This document shows positions 17,879 to 26,718 of a stretch of DNA of 60,741 nt, piece after piece. Location of the stretch: positions 1-60,741 of IMG/VR virus record IMGVR_UViG_3300031576_000045. The stretch is one strand, 5' to 3'. The notes beneath the pieces were generated by a model. The model did not search any database. It had not been told where the DNA came from and saw only the letters and a list, made by a program, of their open reading frames with translations. The stretch is from a virus (lineage: Duplodnaviria; Caudoviricetes). The translations under genes and the position numbers were made by a program. How positions within the stretch are numbered: position 1 is the first letter of the stretch; each line of letters begins with the position of its first letter.

Positions 17879-18007
17879 CTACCGCGCCGACAAGTACGCC
17901 GCCCACTCGACGACCTCGAGATCGGCGAGCGCCTCGACTGTGGCCCACTCGAGGTTGAGCCGAAGAACCAGGAAAGCACGCACCAGCCGCAGGCGCTCGG
18001 GACTCAT
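17879..18007 (-). CDS. 42-aa protein resembling the gpT extension
   Basis: MSPERLRLVRAFLVLRLNLEWATVEALADLEVVEWAAYLSAR; ATGA overlap with 18004-18669. Confidence 0.5.
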   Translation of the reverse strand: MSPERLRLVRAFLVLRLNLEWATVEALADLEVVEWAAYLSAR

Positions 18008-18669
18008 GGCGGGCCCAATCGGAACGACGCGAAGCCGGGCAGGCTCTGCCGCGGCGGCGTGCACTGCCAGTTGAGCGTCGCGTTGACGAGGTCGGCCACG
18101 GCGGTCGCCACCTCCTGGGAATCGAAGGTGACCCAGCCGCGCCAGAAGTCGGTCTGCCCGCCTGGGTTGACCTCCAGCACCTTGCGCGTCGCCGACGAGA
18201 ACAGGTCGTAGAGGCGCAGCACGCCGCCGCCCGGGTCGAGGTCGTCGAGCAGCGCCTTGAGGTGGGAGATCGAACCGTTCGCGTCCTTCAGGAGCGCGAG
18301 GCGCGTGCGGTTGGGGTTTGCCTTGAAGACCGTCGTGTCGGCGAGGTCGCGCATCATGCTGACGGTGAAGTCGCGCGATTCGATCACATCGACCGTCGGG
18401 AGGAAGTTGCCCGAGATCGTCACCACGGCCAACGGCACCAAGGGCGCGTCGAAGGTGACCTTGCCGAAGAGGAAGTCGAAGCTCCACGTGCCGACGACCG
18501 GGACGGCGTTCACCTTCACGATGATCGGCGCGTCCGGGTCGACGATGCGGCGCGCGGCGTTGGTGATCTGGTACACGAGATCTGGCACGAGGTTCGTCGT
18601 CGCCTCGTCGACCATCGCGGTCGGCGTGCCGGTGATCTTGACTGTGCTGTTGTAGCCCGCGCTGGGCAT
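18004..18669 (-). CDS. second tail-tube-like protein with inserted domain
   Basis: C-half RDLADTTVF..RTRLALLKD aligns with RDLLDVTAF..KRKLAALRD of 18689-19105. Confidence 0.65.
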   Translation of the reverse strand: MPSAGYNSTVKITGTPTAMVDEATTNLVPDLVYQITNAARRIVDPDAPIIVKVNAVPVVGTWSFDFLFGKVTFDAPLVPLAVVTISGNFLPTVDVIESRDFTVSMMRDLADTTVFKANPNRTRLALLKDANGSISHLKALLDDLDPGGGVLRLYDLFSSATRKVLEVNPGGQTDFWRGWVTFDSQEVATAVADLVNATLNWQCTPPRQSLPGFASFRLGPP

Positions 18670-18688
18670 GCCTCACCTCGAGAGAGGG

Positions 18689-19105
18689 TCAGACCGCGAC
18701 CGGGAGCCCGTTGCCCTGCATGGTGGCCGACCATTCGATCTTGCCGTCGACGGCGGTCGAGATCTCGCTGCTCTCGACCTTCGTCGCCACCTTGAAGCCC
18801 TGCAGACCGACCGCCGCGGTCGGGTCGAACTTGATGCGCACGAAGAGGTTCGCGCCGTCGTCGAAGCGGTCGCGGATGCGCTTCTGGCCGTTCGCGTCGG
18901 CCGACTCGTAGTCCCCGCTCACGGAGACCGTCACGTCGCGCAGCGCGGCGAGCTTACGCTTGGCGTCGTCCGCGTCGTTGAACGCCGTCACGTCGAGCAG
19001 GTCGCGGTTCGGCCCGAAGCTGACGTTGTTCAGCCCGTCGACCTCGCTGTAGGCGATGTCGTCGTTGCTCACCTCGACGACGATGGGATGGCCGGCTAGT
19101 GGCAT
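18689..19105 (-). CDS. major tail tube protein
   Basis: Size and position; DVTAF..LRDVTVSVSGDY..GQ..VDGKIEWSATMQGNG; strong GGAGG. Confidence 0.85.
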   Translation of the reverse strand: MPLAGHPIVVEVSNDDIAYSEVDGLNNVSFGPNRDLLDVTAFNDADDAKRKLAALRDVTVSVSGDYESADANGQKRIRDRFDDGANLFVRIKFDPTAAVGLQGFKVATKVESSEISTAVDGKIEWSATMQGNGLPVAV

Positions 19106-19144
19106 AGGCGTGCTTCCTCCTGGCCTGTCACCGTAGCACCAGAG

Positions 19145-19573
19145 CTACTGCTTGAACCACAGCGTAGCGTTCACGCTCCACTCGTCGTGCTCAGTGTCGT
19201 CTTTGCCAAGGTAGAGCGGTTCGCTGTTCAGAACCTTGCAGGCGACGTAGCCGGCGATCGTGGCCAGGTGCAGCTTGTCTCGGACCTGCAGCGCCTTCGT
19301 CTGGCCAGCGCCGAACTTCTCTGGCTCGGACCGAACGCGGACCTGCACGTTGACCTGGTAGAAGCTCGCGCTGCCGGCGCCGACCCGGAAGTATGGCTGC
19401 GGCGGGGGGCCGCCCGTGGCGAGCACGAAGACAGCGGCGTGCGGCACGACGTTCGACGCCGGGCGCACGGGCCCGCGGAAGATGGTCGCGCCGGCCGCGT
19501 TGAAGACGCCCAGCGAAGGCGCCGGCGCGGCGGCGGCGAGAAGCGTCGCGACGTCGAGGTCGGATTCTGGCAT
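19145..19573 (-). CDS. tail terminator / minor capsid-type completion protein
   Basis: TGGPPP..VQVRVRS..PLYLGKDDTEHDEWSVN; synteny. Confidence 0.75.
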   Translation of the reverse strand: MPESDLDVATLLAAAAPAPSLGVFNAAGATIFRGPVRPASNVVPHAAVFVLATGGPPPQPYFRVGAGSASFYQVNVQVRVRSEPEKFGAGQTKALQVRDKLHLATIAGYVACKVLNSEPLYLGKDDTEHDEWSVNATLWFKQ

Positions 19574-19575
19574 GG

Positions 19576-19992
19576 CTACTCCGGCTCCTGGTTGTGCGGC
19601 CCGGCCTGTGGCTCGCTCGGATCCTCGAAGCCGGAGGCGAGCTCTTCTTCGACGATGCCGCGCACGTCGACGGAGTTGATCGCGTTCTCGAGGAACTTCG
19701 CCTCGCCGACCTCGTGCCGGAACTCCGTGCGCTCGTGCTGGATGAGCGCGTACTGAGCCGCCGCGCCTCCGAAGCCGACCTCGACCCGCGGGCTCTGTGG
19801 GTCGGGCAGGGTGACGTAGCCACTGGCGCGCAGCACGCCGGTGTCGATCGGCGCGCGCTGCTTCGCGTCGGTCATGACCGCGTTCCCCGCGGCGTATAGT
19901 GCGCGCGCGGTCGCCTGCCCGATGGTGGCGCGCGCCTCCTTGAGTGCGGCGCGGAGCTGCTTCGCGCCCTTCAGTCGTACCCGGGCCGGCAT
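19576..19992 (-). CDS. HK97 gp10-like neck protein
   Basis: AKQRAPIDTGVLRASG..YALIQHE..AKFLENA. Confidence 0.85.
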   Translation of the reverse strand: MPARVRLKGAKQLRAALKEARATIGQATARALYAAGNAVMTDAKQRAPIDTGVLRASGYVTLPDPQSPRVEVGFGGAAAQYALIQHERTEFRHEVGEAKFLENAINSVDVRGIVEEELASGFEDPSEPQAGPHNQEPE

Positions 19993-20002
19993 AACCAGCA
20001 GG

Positions 20003-20329
20003 CTAGACGATCGTCTCGTAGTGGTCGATCACGCCCCGCTCGTCGGGCAGCTCCTGAACGCTGCGCGGCGTGCGCGCCAGCGTCGCCTCGGTCGGGGAGT
20101 CGCCCGGCAGCCACACGCGGTCGGTGATCCGGATCTGCTCCTCGGTCACGATGCGCTTGCGCGAGAGTCGCTCCTCACCCTCGGGCCGGTCCTCCGTCTC
20201 CTGGTCGTCCTCGACGCGGGCCATGAACGGCTGCGGCGAGCCGAACGACGGGTCACCGAACGAGTCGACCGCCGAGAGCTGCGCGACCCAGATCCGTTGA
20301 CGGCAGGTCTTCCTAAGCTGCGGGTCCAC
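20003..20329 (-). CDS. head closure protein
   Basis: Size, synteny, DSFGDPSF motif. Confidence 0.7.
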   Translation of the reverse strand: MDPQLRKTCRQRIWVAQLSAVDSFGDPSFGSPQPFMARVEDDQETEDRPEGEERLSRKRIVTEEQIRITDRVWLPGDSPTEATLARTPRSVQELPDERGVIDHYETIV

Positions 20330-21295
20330 TCACTCCTCCCACCACGGGCGCACGGCTTGGTCGTCGTTGCCCGGCAGGTCATCTTGCCCGCGGTTGAACG
20401 ACGGCTGGACCGCGTTCGTGTCGTTCGCCAGCTCCTGCTTGCCGCTCTTGGTGATCCCACCGACGAACATCTCTGCGCCGACGAGGGAGGCCGACTTCGC
20501 CTCGAGCTCGGTCGCCATCTCGAGGTACGCCTTCGCGCGCTGCGACGCGCTGACCGACAGAGACAGGTTCGTGAAGTCGGCCTGGCGCGAGAACTTCGCG
20601 GCGATCGCCCGGCAGCACGCAGCCGCCGCGAGGTAGATGTTGTCCGACTGCTCGGAGAGGAAGAAGGCGATCTCGTCGTCGAGCAGCAGCCGGTCGTTCG
20701 GGTCCGTGTCGCCGATCAGCAGGCGGACCTTGCTGATCGCGTCCGCCAGGTCGGCGTCGTAGTTCCACTCCGTCTCCGCGCTGAAGCTCCCGTCGAACGA
20801 CGACGGTTCGGCTCCCGCCGCCGCGGTCAGCACGTAGACCGCTCCGCCCGCGTCGAGGTCGGCCTGCGACGGGCTCACCGCGAAAAGGTGGTTCGCTAGC
20901 AGCGGCACCACGGCGGGCGGTGCCCTGGGCACGCCGGCGTTGCTGACGTACGCGCCGGCGCCGACGAAGCTCGGCAGCCCCGCCCCGTTGAAGAGCGTGG
21001 TGTCAGGGTTGAGGAAGTTGAACGACGCGAACGGCACGACACCCTGTGCGTTCACCGTGCCGTTCACGTAACGCGGCGACGCGGCGGCGCCGTTGTCGAC
21101 GAGGTAGGCGACGCCCAGCCCGGCGTGCGCGGCCGACGGCGCGAAGCCGAACAGCCCGTTCCCGAGGTTCACGATCCCCGGCTGCGGAGTCAGGTCGAGA
21201 CCGGTGCGGTCGCAGAACTTCAGGAACGCGGGCACCGCACCCGGCAGCGGGTCGCCGAGACCGTCGAAGACGCGCCAGGTGGTGAACTCGGCCAT
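20330..21295 (-). CDS. head-tail adaptor with ~180-aa N-terminal extension
   Basis: C-terminal KVRLLIGDTDPNDRLLLDDEIAFFL..AAAACCRAIAAKF. Confidence 0.75.
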   Translation of the reverse strand: MAEFTTWRVFDGLGDPLPGAVPAFLKFCDRTGLDLTPQPGIVNLGNGLFGFAPSAAHAGLGVAYLVDNGAAASPRYVNGTVNAQGVVPFASFNFLNPDTTLFNGAGLPSFVGAGAYVSNAGVPRAPPAVVPLLANHLFAVSPSQADLDAGGAVYVLTAAAGAEPSSFDGSFSAETEWNYDADLADAISKVRLLIGDTDPNDRLLLDDEIAFFLSEQSDNIYLAAAACCRAIAAKFSRQADFTNLSLSVSASQRAKAYLEMATELEAKSASLVGAEMFVGGITKSGKQELANDTNAVQPSFNRGQDDLPGNDDQAVRPWWEE

Positions 21296-21304
21296 GCGGC
21301 GAGA

Positions 21305-22837
21305 CTACCTTGCGCAGGCCTTCGAGTAGTATCCGGCCGCCGCGGTCGCGACGCACGAATTGGTGGTCACCCCGGCGAAGGTCGACGTGACGGGGACGAT
21401 GGACGCCGGGTCGAGGCTGATCTCCGTCGGGGCGGTGAGCGTCACGCTGGCCTTCGTGTAGCCGAGCATCGCTCCGAATGATGCCTCGACCCCGGTCGTG
21501 AGCGCAGAGCCACTCAAGGCGCCGGTGAAGTTCAGCACCCCGAGCCCACGAATCTGGATCGCGGTCGAGCAGCCCGAGATATCGATGCCACCCGAGGACG
21601 CGAGCGTACCGAACGCAGGCATATCGGTGGAGGCCGACAGGCCCAGGCGAAGCCCCGCGCCGCCCGCCGCGGCACAGGACAACCGACTATTTGTGAAGAC
21701 GTGAAACGGAGAAGCGTTCGAGCTGATCAGCAAGGCGGTCTGGCTGCCCCGGAACTCGCTCGCCGTGATGCTGAAGACGAAGGCGCTGCCGCCTGAGCCG
21801 TTGTTGAGCGAGAGGACCGGGTTGGTGCCAGCGCCTTGTCGGAAGAGACTGTTCGCAGACGAGACTTTGCCCTGGAAGAAAGAAACTGCCGAGTTCGTGG
21901 AGGTGGGCTGATTGATGTGACACTTGGTGAAGGCAACGTCCCCGCCGACCCCGCCTAGGCCCCCGACCGCCACTGCGCCGCCGCCCGACGCGATCGACTG
22001 GACGACCTGAACGTTGGTGAAGACGACGCCGCTCGAGTCGTCGATGCTGATGCCGAACCCAGCGTCGATCTCCAAGCGCAGGTTGCGGAAGAGGATCTGC
22101 TGACGTCTCGAGTCGAGGCTGTTGCCGTACGAGAGGATCGTTCCTCGGGTTGATGCCAAAGAGATCGGCGTTCCTGGCGGCACCATCACCGAGTTGAAGA
22201 CGGTCGCCGGGTCCTGGATCGTGAACGTCGTCGACGCCGTGGGCGCCCCCCAGGGTCCTACGACCGTGATCGTGTCGACCGTGTTTGAGCTCACCACGAA
22301 CTGCGCGTTGGTCGGAGAGGCCGTCGTGATGAATCGACCGGTGAGGTCGTTCGCCGTCCAGCCAGCGCCGGTGAGGACTAACGTTCCGAACGTCGAACCT
22401 GATCCGGCGGTGCCGCTCGTAGCGGTGCCGGTCGCCGGTCCGCTGGCGAGCGTGCTCGTGGTCAGCACGCCGTCGATCAGGATCCCGCCTGGTCCCGAGA
22501 CGTCGCCCAAGAACCCGGTCACCAAGATGCCGTTGTACACGCCAGCGTCGATGCTCAGGGTCGCCGGTTGCTTCAGCATCTTGGGCACCTTGTTGATCGC
22601 CGCCTGGGGCTGTCGGCACGGCCCGTCGCTGCCGCCGTCGGTGAACGGGGCCGTGCACGCGTTCGTGTCGAGCCCGCGCACGTCGACGTACCAAATGGGC
22701 GAGCCGCCGTCGGCCAACGCGACGGTGGTGCGCACCACGTTCTGAGGCGGCGCCGGCGTCGGGCCCGAGCCGGCGAGGCTGGGCAGCGCCAGGTAGACCG
22801 ACAGCAGAGCGAGGAGCAGCGGCAGCGACTTCTTCAT
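21305..22837 (-). CDS. signal-peptide-bearing pectin-lyase-like beta-helix protein
   Basis: MKKSLPLLLALLSVYLALPSLA; WYVDVRGLDTN..PCRQPQAAINKVP..IDAGVY; Ser/Thr/Gly-rich beta repeats. Confidence 0.65.
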   Translation of the reverse strand: MKKSLPLLLALLSVYLALPSLAGSGPTPAPPQNVVRTTVALADGGSPIWYVDVRGLDTNACTAPFTDGGSDGPCRQPQAAINKVPKMLKQPATLSIDAGVYNGILVTGFLGDVSGPGGILIDGVLTTSTLASGPATGTATSGTAGSGSTFGTLVLTGAGWTANDLTGRFITTASPTNAQFVVSSNTVDTITVVGPWGAPTASTTFTIQDPATVFNSVMVPPGTPISLASTRGTILSYGNSLDSRRQQILFRNLRLEIDAGFGISIDDSSGVVFTNVQVVQSIASGGGAVAVGGLGGVGGDVAFTKCHINQPTSTNSAVSFFQGKVSSANSLFRQGAGTNPVLSLNNGSGGSAFVFSITASEFRGSQTALLISSNASPFHVFTNSRLSCAAAGGAGLRLGLSASTDMPAFGTLASSGGIDISGCSTAIQIRGLGVLNFTGALSGSALTTGVEASFGAMLGYTKASVTLTAPTEISLDPASIVPVTSTFAGVTTNSCVATAAAGYYSKACAR

Positions 22838-23097
22838 GGGCGGTCTCCGATCATTCGGGCGTGGGGGAAGGCCGGTCGTCCGCCTGCTCCCCAGTTCCAG
22901 CCCGCGCGGGCGTCGTGTCCGTTTCCGCGCCTACCGTCACCGACGCCGTGCACTGCGTCGGACTGCCGTCGTGTTGCCCCGCTCTCGCGACCCGTTCACC
23001 CGGAGAGCACTTCAGGGCGCGTGGGAGTTCGTATCGGCTGCGAGCATTCGACCCGCTTCGCTGAACTAGCCAGGCCCGCCGACGGGCCGTCTCGAGC

Positions 23098-23319
23098 TCA
23101 CTTCTGCTTCGCGGGCTTCGGCGGGTGACCGGCCGCGGCGGCGACCACCTCGGCCGGCACCGGCTCGGAGTCGCCGAGCTTGAGCACGGTCTTGTCTTCG
23201 AGCAGCGCCTTCAAGTTCGACCACTTCTCGGCCAGCTCAGAGGGGATCGCATCGCCGGGGTTCCAGTAGTGCGTGGAGCCCGGGATCGTGACGACCTTTC
23301 CAGCGACGTAGCGAGACAT
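23098..23319 (-). CDS. small post-capsid protein
   Basis: GGGAGAACGAACGCATG start; MSRYVAGKVVTIPGSTHYWNPGD. Confidence 0.7.
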   Translation of the reverse strand: MSRYVAGKVVTIPGSTHYWNPGDAIPSELAEKWSNLKALLEDKTVLKLGDSEPVPAEVVAAAAGHPPKPAKQK

Positions 23320-23367
23320 GCGTTCGTTCTCCCGTTGGGGTGACGCCGGGGACCGTAGCACGAACGA

Positions 23368-23407
23368 CAAGGCCCCCGTCGACCAGCATCGATCGACGGG
23401 GGCCTTG
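23368..23407. terminator. 15-bp stem hairpin downstream of major capsid gene
   Basis: CAAGGCCCCCGTCGA / TCGACGGGGGCCTTG. Confidence 0.7.
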
Positions 23408-23448
23408 CTCTTTGCGTGCTATGAGCGAATTTTATCCTGTGACTGCCG

Positions 23449-24429
23449 TTACGCAACGGCCGACGCGAAGAACGTTCCGCAGTCGTTCGCGACGAGCTTC
23501 TGGTCCCACGCCATCTCGCCCTCGATGCGGTCCGACTCGAGGTGCTCCATGCGGAACCTCTTGATGCGGACGCCCGCGGCGCCGGCGCCCAGCATGCCGG
23601 TCCACGCGAACGTGTACCCGCCCGACGGCTGCATCAGCGACGGCGTCGGGTTCGAGTAGACGAGCAGCGCCGCCTTCGAGTTCACCGCGTACGCCATCAC
23701 CGCCGCCGCGCCTTCGGCAGCCGTGTTGTTCGTCGAGCGTGCGACGAGGACGCGATCGACGTCGAAGACCGACGCCAGGATCTCGGGGTTCACGTTGCCC
23801 CGCTGCGTGAACTTGATCCGGTCGAGGATGTCCGGGTTGTCGCACAGCGACGCGTAGGTGCGCGCCCCGAGCACCATCACGTTCGGCTTCTTGCCGGTGG
23901 CCTCGGTGATGCGCGTGACCTCTCCGCGGACCACGCTGGCCGGCTTCGACACCGCGTCGTTCCACTGCAGGAACTGGTTCGCGCCCGGCGCCGCCGCGAC
24001 GCCCGTGAGGTCCAGGCCCCAGATCCCCGTCGTGAAGTACGACGTCGCCCACGCCTTGTCCTTCCGGATGAGCAGGATCTGCGTGACGTACTCCGTCGCG
24101 TCTCGGTCGGGGTTCAGCGCCGCGTCCGAGTTCGATCGCACCTGGTCGTCGACGTCCTTGTGGAACGCGGTGACCGGCGCGAAGTAGTTCGGCGTGTTGT
24201 CGAGCGCGAACCCGCCGCCCGCCGACTCCGTGCTCGGGGCGCGGATCTTCGCGTCGTCGCGGAAGAAGTCGGCCTTCGAGTAGACGAAGTACCGGTCGCT
24301 CTGCTTCTGGACCGGAACCATCGGGAAGACCTTGTCCGCGATGTAGTTCTCTGCGGCCTGGATGTAGGCGACCGACACGTTCGTCAACGGCGCGTTGACG
24401 TGGACGTCGCTGGCAGTGGGCTTCGACAT
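23449..24429 (-). CDS. major capsid protein
   Basis: HVNAPLTNVSVAY..IADKVFPMVPVQKQSDRY..KPNVMVLG..PSGGYTFAW. Confidence 0.92.
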   Translation of the reverse strand: MSKPTASDVHVNAPLTNVSVAYIQAAENYIADKVFPMVPVQKQSDRYFVYSKADFFRDDAKIRAPSTESAGGGFALDNTPNYFAPVTAFHKDVDDQVRSNSDAALNPDRDATEYVTQILLIRKDKAWATSYFTTGIWGLDLTGVAAAPGANQFLQWNDAVSKPASVVRGEVTRITEATGKKPNVMVLGARTYASLCDNPDILDRIKFTQRGNVNPEILASVFDVDRVLVARSTNNTAAEGAAAVMAYAVNSKAALLVYSNPTPSLMQPSGGYTFAWTGMLGAGAAGVRIKRFRMEHLESDRIEGEMAWDQKLVANDCGTFFASAVA

Positions 24430-24515
24430 GTTCGGTGCTCCTCGAGAGGTGCTGCGTGACGTGGGCCCGCGCGGCTGTCTCTACTCCGCGCGGGGAGAAG
24501 GTTGGGTGGAGGCGG

Positions 24516-24890
24516 TTAGCTCGCGGCCAGGTGGCTGATCTGCACCAGCATCGAGCCGATCTGCGTGTCGGCGCCCGGGTTCTCCAGGATCACGCCGAGG
24601 GTGTTCGACAGCGCGGCCGGCGCCTTGGCCTTGCCGTTCGCGTCCGACGACACGACCGTCCCGGGCGCGAGCGCCGCCGACCCGACGATCTTCGACCGCC
24701 CGTCGACCATGATCTCGGCCGCCTTGCCCAGCGCGTCGGGCTTGTTCTGCAGCACGCCGATGGCGCGCTCGTCGGCGCCGCACAGCGCGGCCCGACCGTT
24801 CGCGTCGACCTTGATGGCCTTGTACTGGTGCGTCGACAGGTCGGCCGCCGCCTCCAGGGTGATCTGCTTGCCAGGATCGTCAGACGCCAT
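24516..24890 (-). CDS. capsid decoration/cement protein (DUF2190-like)
   Basis: AAADLS..AIGVLQNKP..VSSDANGKA. Confidence 0.8.
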   Translation of the reverse strand: MASDDPGKQITLEAAADLSTHQYKAIKVDANGRAALCGADERAIGVLQNKPDALGKAAEIMVDGRSKIVGSAALAPGTVVSSDANGKAKAPAALSNTLGVILENPGADTQIGSMLVQISHLAAS

Positions 24891-24997
24891 GGGCGCTACC
24901 TCCGTACTGCGTCAAAGGGTGGGTGCTGCGGTGCTGCGTGGACTTCGAGTGGGTGGCCGCGCTCGCACTCCGCGCGGCCCGTTCGTGGTGAGTCGGC

Positions 24998-25978
24998 CTA
25001 CGACCGCGCGGTCTTCTGCTCGGCCTCGTAGGCGTCGTACAGCTTCGGGTTGAGCTCCATCGCCTTCGCGATCGCCGCGGGCTCGGTGAGCTTGGGGTCG
25101 GCCTTGCGCAGCTCGGCCGCGGCCTTCTGGATCTCCCCCCACGCCGTCGTCTCCGTGCCGCCGACGTTCGCGTGCCCTCGCTCCTTCAGCAGCGAGTCGA
25201 CGGTCTTCAGCTTCTCGTTCGCCGACTCGAGCATCTTCTCGACCTTCGCGGCCAGCTCGGGGTTCGCGTCGTGGAGCGCCTTGAGCACCGGGCCGATCTC
25301 GGCCGCCTTCGTCGGCAGCGACGAGAGCTTCTCCGCCTTGGAGAGGAACTCCTTCTCGAGCCGCGCGTCGCGCTCGGCCTTGACCTGCTTCTCCAGCTCG
25401 ACGCGCGCCTTCGAGTCGACCTCCGCCTGCTTCTTCAGCGAGGCGAGCTCGGCGTTCGCTTCCGCCGCCGCCTTCTCCGCCTTCGCGATCTGCGCCTTCG
25501 TGGCGTCGTCGAACTTCGCGACGGGGGTCTCGTTCTTCTGCGGTTCGGTCGGCATGGGCTCCTCGGGGTAGGGCGCCGGCGAGTCTGCCTGAACAGCGGG
25601 CTCGTTGTCAGCACCCATGGGCGCGGCCGGCGAGATCAGGTCGATCAGGTCGTCCGGCGACTCGACGCCGCACGCCTCCATCACCGCCTGCAGCATGCCC
25701 TCGGGCAGGTCGGCGCGGGCCGCGGCCAGGATCCCGAGAGACGAGAGCACCGCCTGGCGCGCCGGCTCGGAGAGCTCCTCGAGCGCCTTCGCGAGACGCT
25801 CCGGCGTCTGGCCGGGCTTGATGCGGGCGAGCAGCTTCGAGAGCGAGTCCTTCTGCGCCTTCGTCATCTTCGTCTTCATCTTCTTCTCCTGTTTGCGAAG
25901 CGCGAAGCGCTTCCGGTTGGCACCGCGGTCTACGAGGCTCACTTCGACCGTGTCGATCTCGCTGAGCTTGCTGGTCAC
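24998..25978 (-). CDS. capsid scaffolding protein
   Basis: N-terminal EVSLVDRGAN, long Lys/Glu/Ala coiled coil, C-terminal AIAKAMELNPKLYDAY. Confidence 0.8.
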   Translation of the reverse strand: MTSKLSEIDTVEVSLVDRGANRKRFALRKQEKKMKTKMTKAQKDSLSKLLARIKPGQTPERLAKALEELSEPARQAVLSSLGILAAARADLPEGMLQAVMEACGVESPDDLIDLISPAAPMGADNEPAVQADSPAPYPEEPMPTEPQKNETPVAKFDDATKAQIAKAEKAAAEANAELASLKKQAEVDSKARVELEKQVKAERDARLEKEFLSKAEKLSSLPTKAAEIGPVLKALHDANPELAAKVEKMLESANEKLKTVDSLLKERGHANVGGTETTAWGEIQKAAAELRKADPKLTEPAAIAKAMELNPKLYDAYEAEQKTARS

Positions 25979-26715
25979 GACGTCGGCGCCTCGATGGTCA
26001 GAACTTCCACCTCGGGCATTGGCACCCTCTCAATCTCCGTCCGAACCCCGAACCCGCCGATGCTGTAGGCCCCAAGCTCACCGGACAGTACCTTCGCCCA
26101 AGCCGTAGGATCAAGAACGCGAACGCCCAGCACCCACGCGCCCGAGTGGATCAGGTCGTTCCCGAACTGCATCTTCCAGATCCGGTGCGGCCGCCCGTCG
26201 ACCGCCGCGGCGTAGTCGTCCGGCGTCGGGTACCAGAACACGAAGGACTCGACGACGACCGCGGAGAGGTCGACCTGGTGCTGGAGCCGGACCCGCCGCG
26301 CACGCTCCATGTAGCCGTGCGCGGTCAGCTCCACCTCGCGCGGCGAGATCCAGTCGTCGTGCGCGTCGACGATGTACGGATCAAGGACGACGCCGTAGAC
26401 GATCTGCCTCTCGCGATCGAGCTTCGCGATCGACGTCTCACGCTTACCGCCCCGGCCCGGGAAGCGTCGCGTTTTCGTCAACGAATCCGATCTCTTCGTC
26501 GCAGGTCGCTCGGCGCCGTAGACCATCTTCGTCTTCCCGCCGTGGCCGTGCACCTCGAGCATGGCCTCGACGCTGGCGAAGACCGTCGTCCCAGGTGTCG
26601 CCGTGAGCCACCGGAGCACGCACGTCCCGTCGTCGAAGACGACGCCCTGCGCGACGTTGCCGGTCCCGCTGACGCCCGTCTCGTCGACGACGCGGTTGAG
26701 CGTGAACGTCTTCAC
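25975..26715 (-). CDS. XkdF-like prohead serine protease with fused N-terminal domain
   Basis: ERQIVYGVVLDPYIVDAHDD..GAWVLG..WAKVLSGELGAYSIGG. Confidence 0.85.
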   Translation of the reverse strand: MKTFTLNRVVDETGVSGTGNVAQGVVFDDGTCVLRWLTATPGTTVFASVEAMLEVHGHGGKTKMVYGAERPATKRSDSLTKTRRFPGRGGKRETSIAKLDRERQIVYGVVLDPYIVDAHDDWISPREVELTAHGYMERARRVRLQHQVDLSAVVVESFVFWYPTPDDYAAAVDGRPHRIWKMQFGNDLIHSGAWVLGVRVLDPTAWAKVLSGELGAYSIGGFGVRTEIERVPMPEVEVLTIEAPTS

Positions 26716-26718
26716 GCC

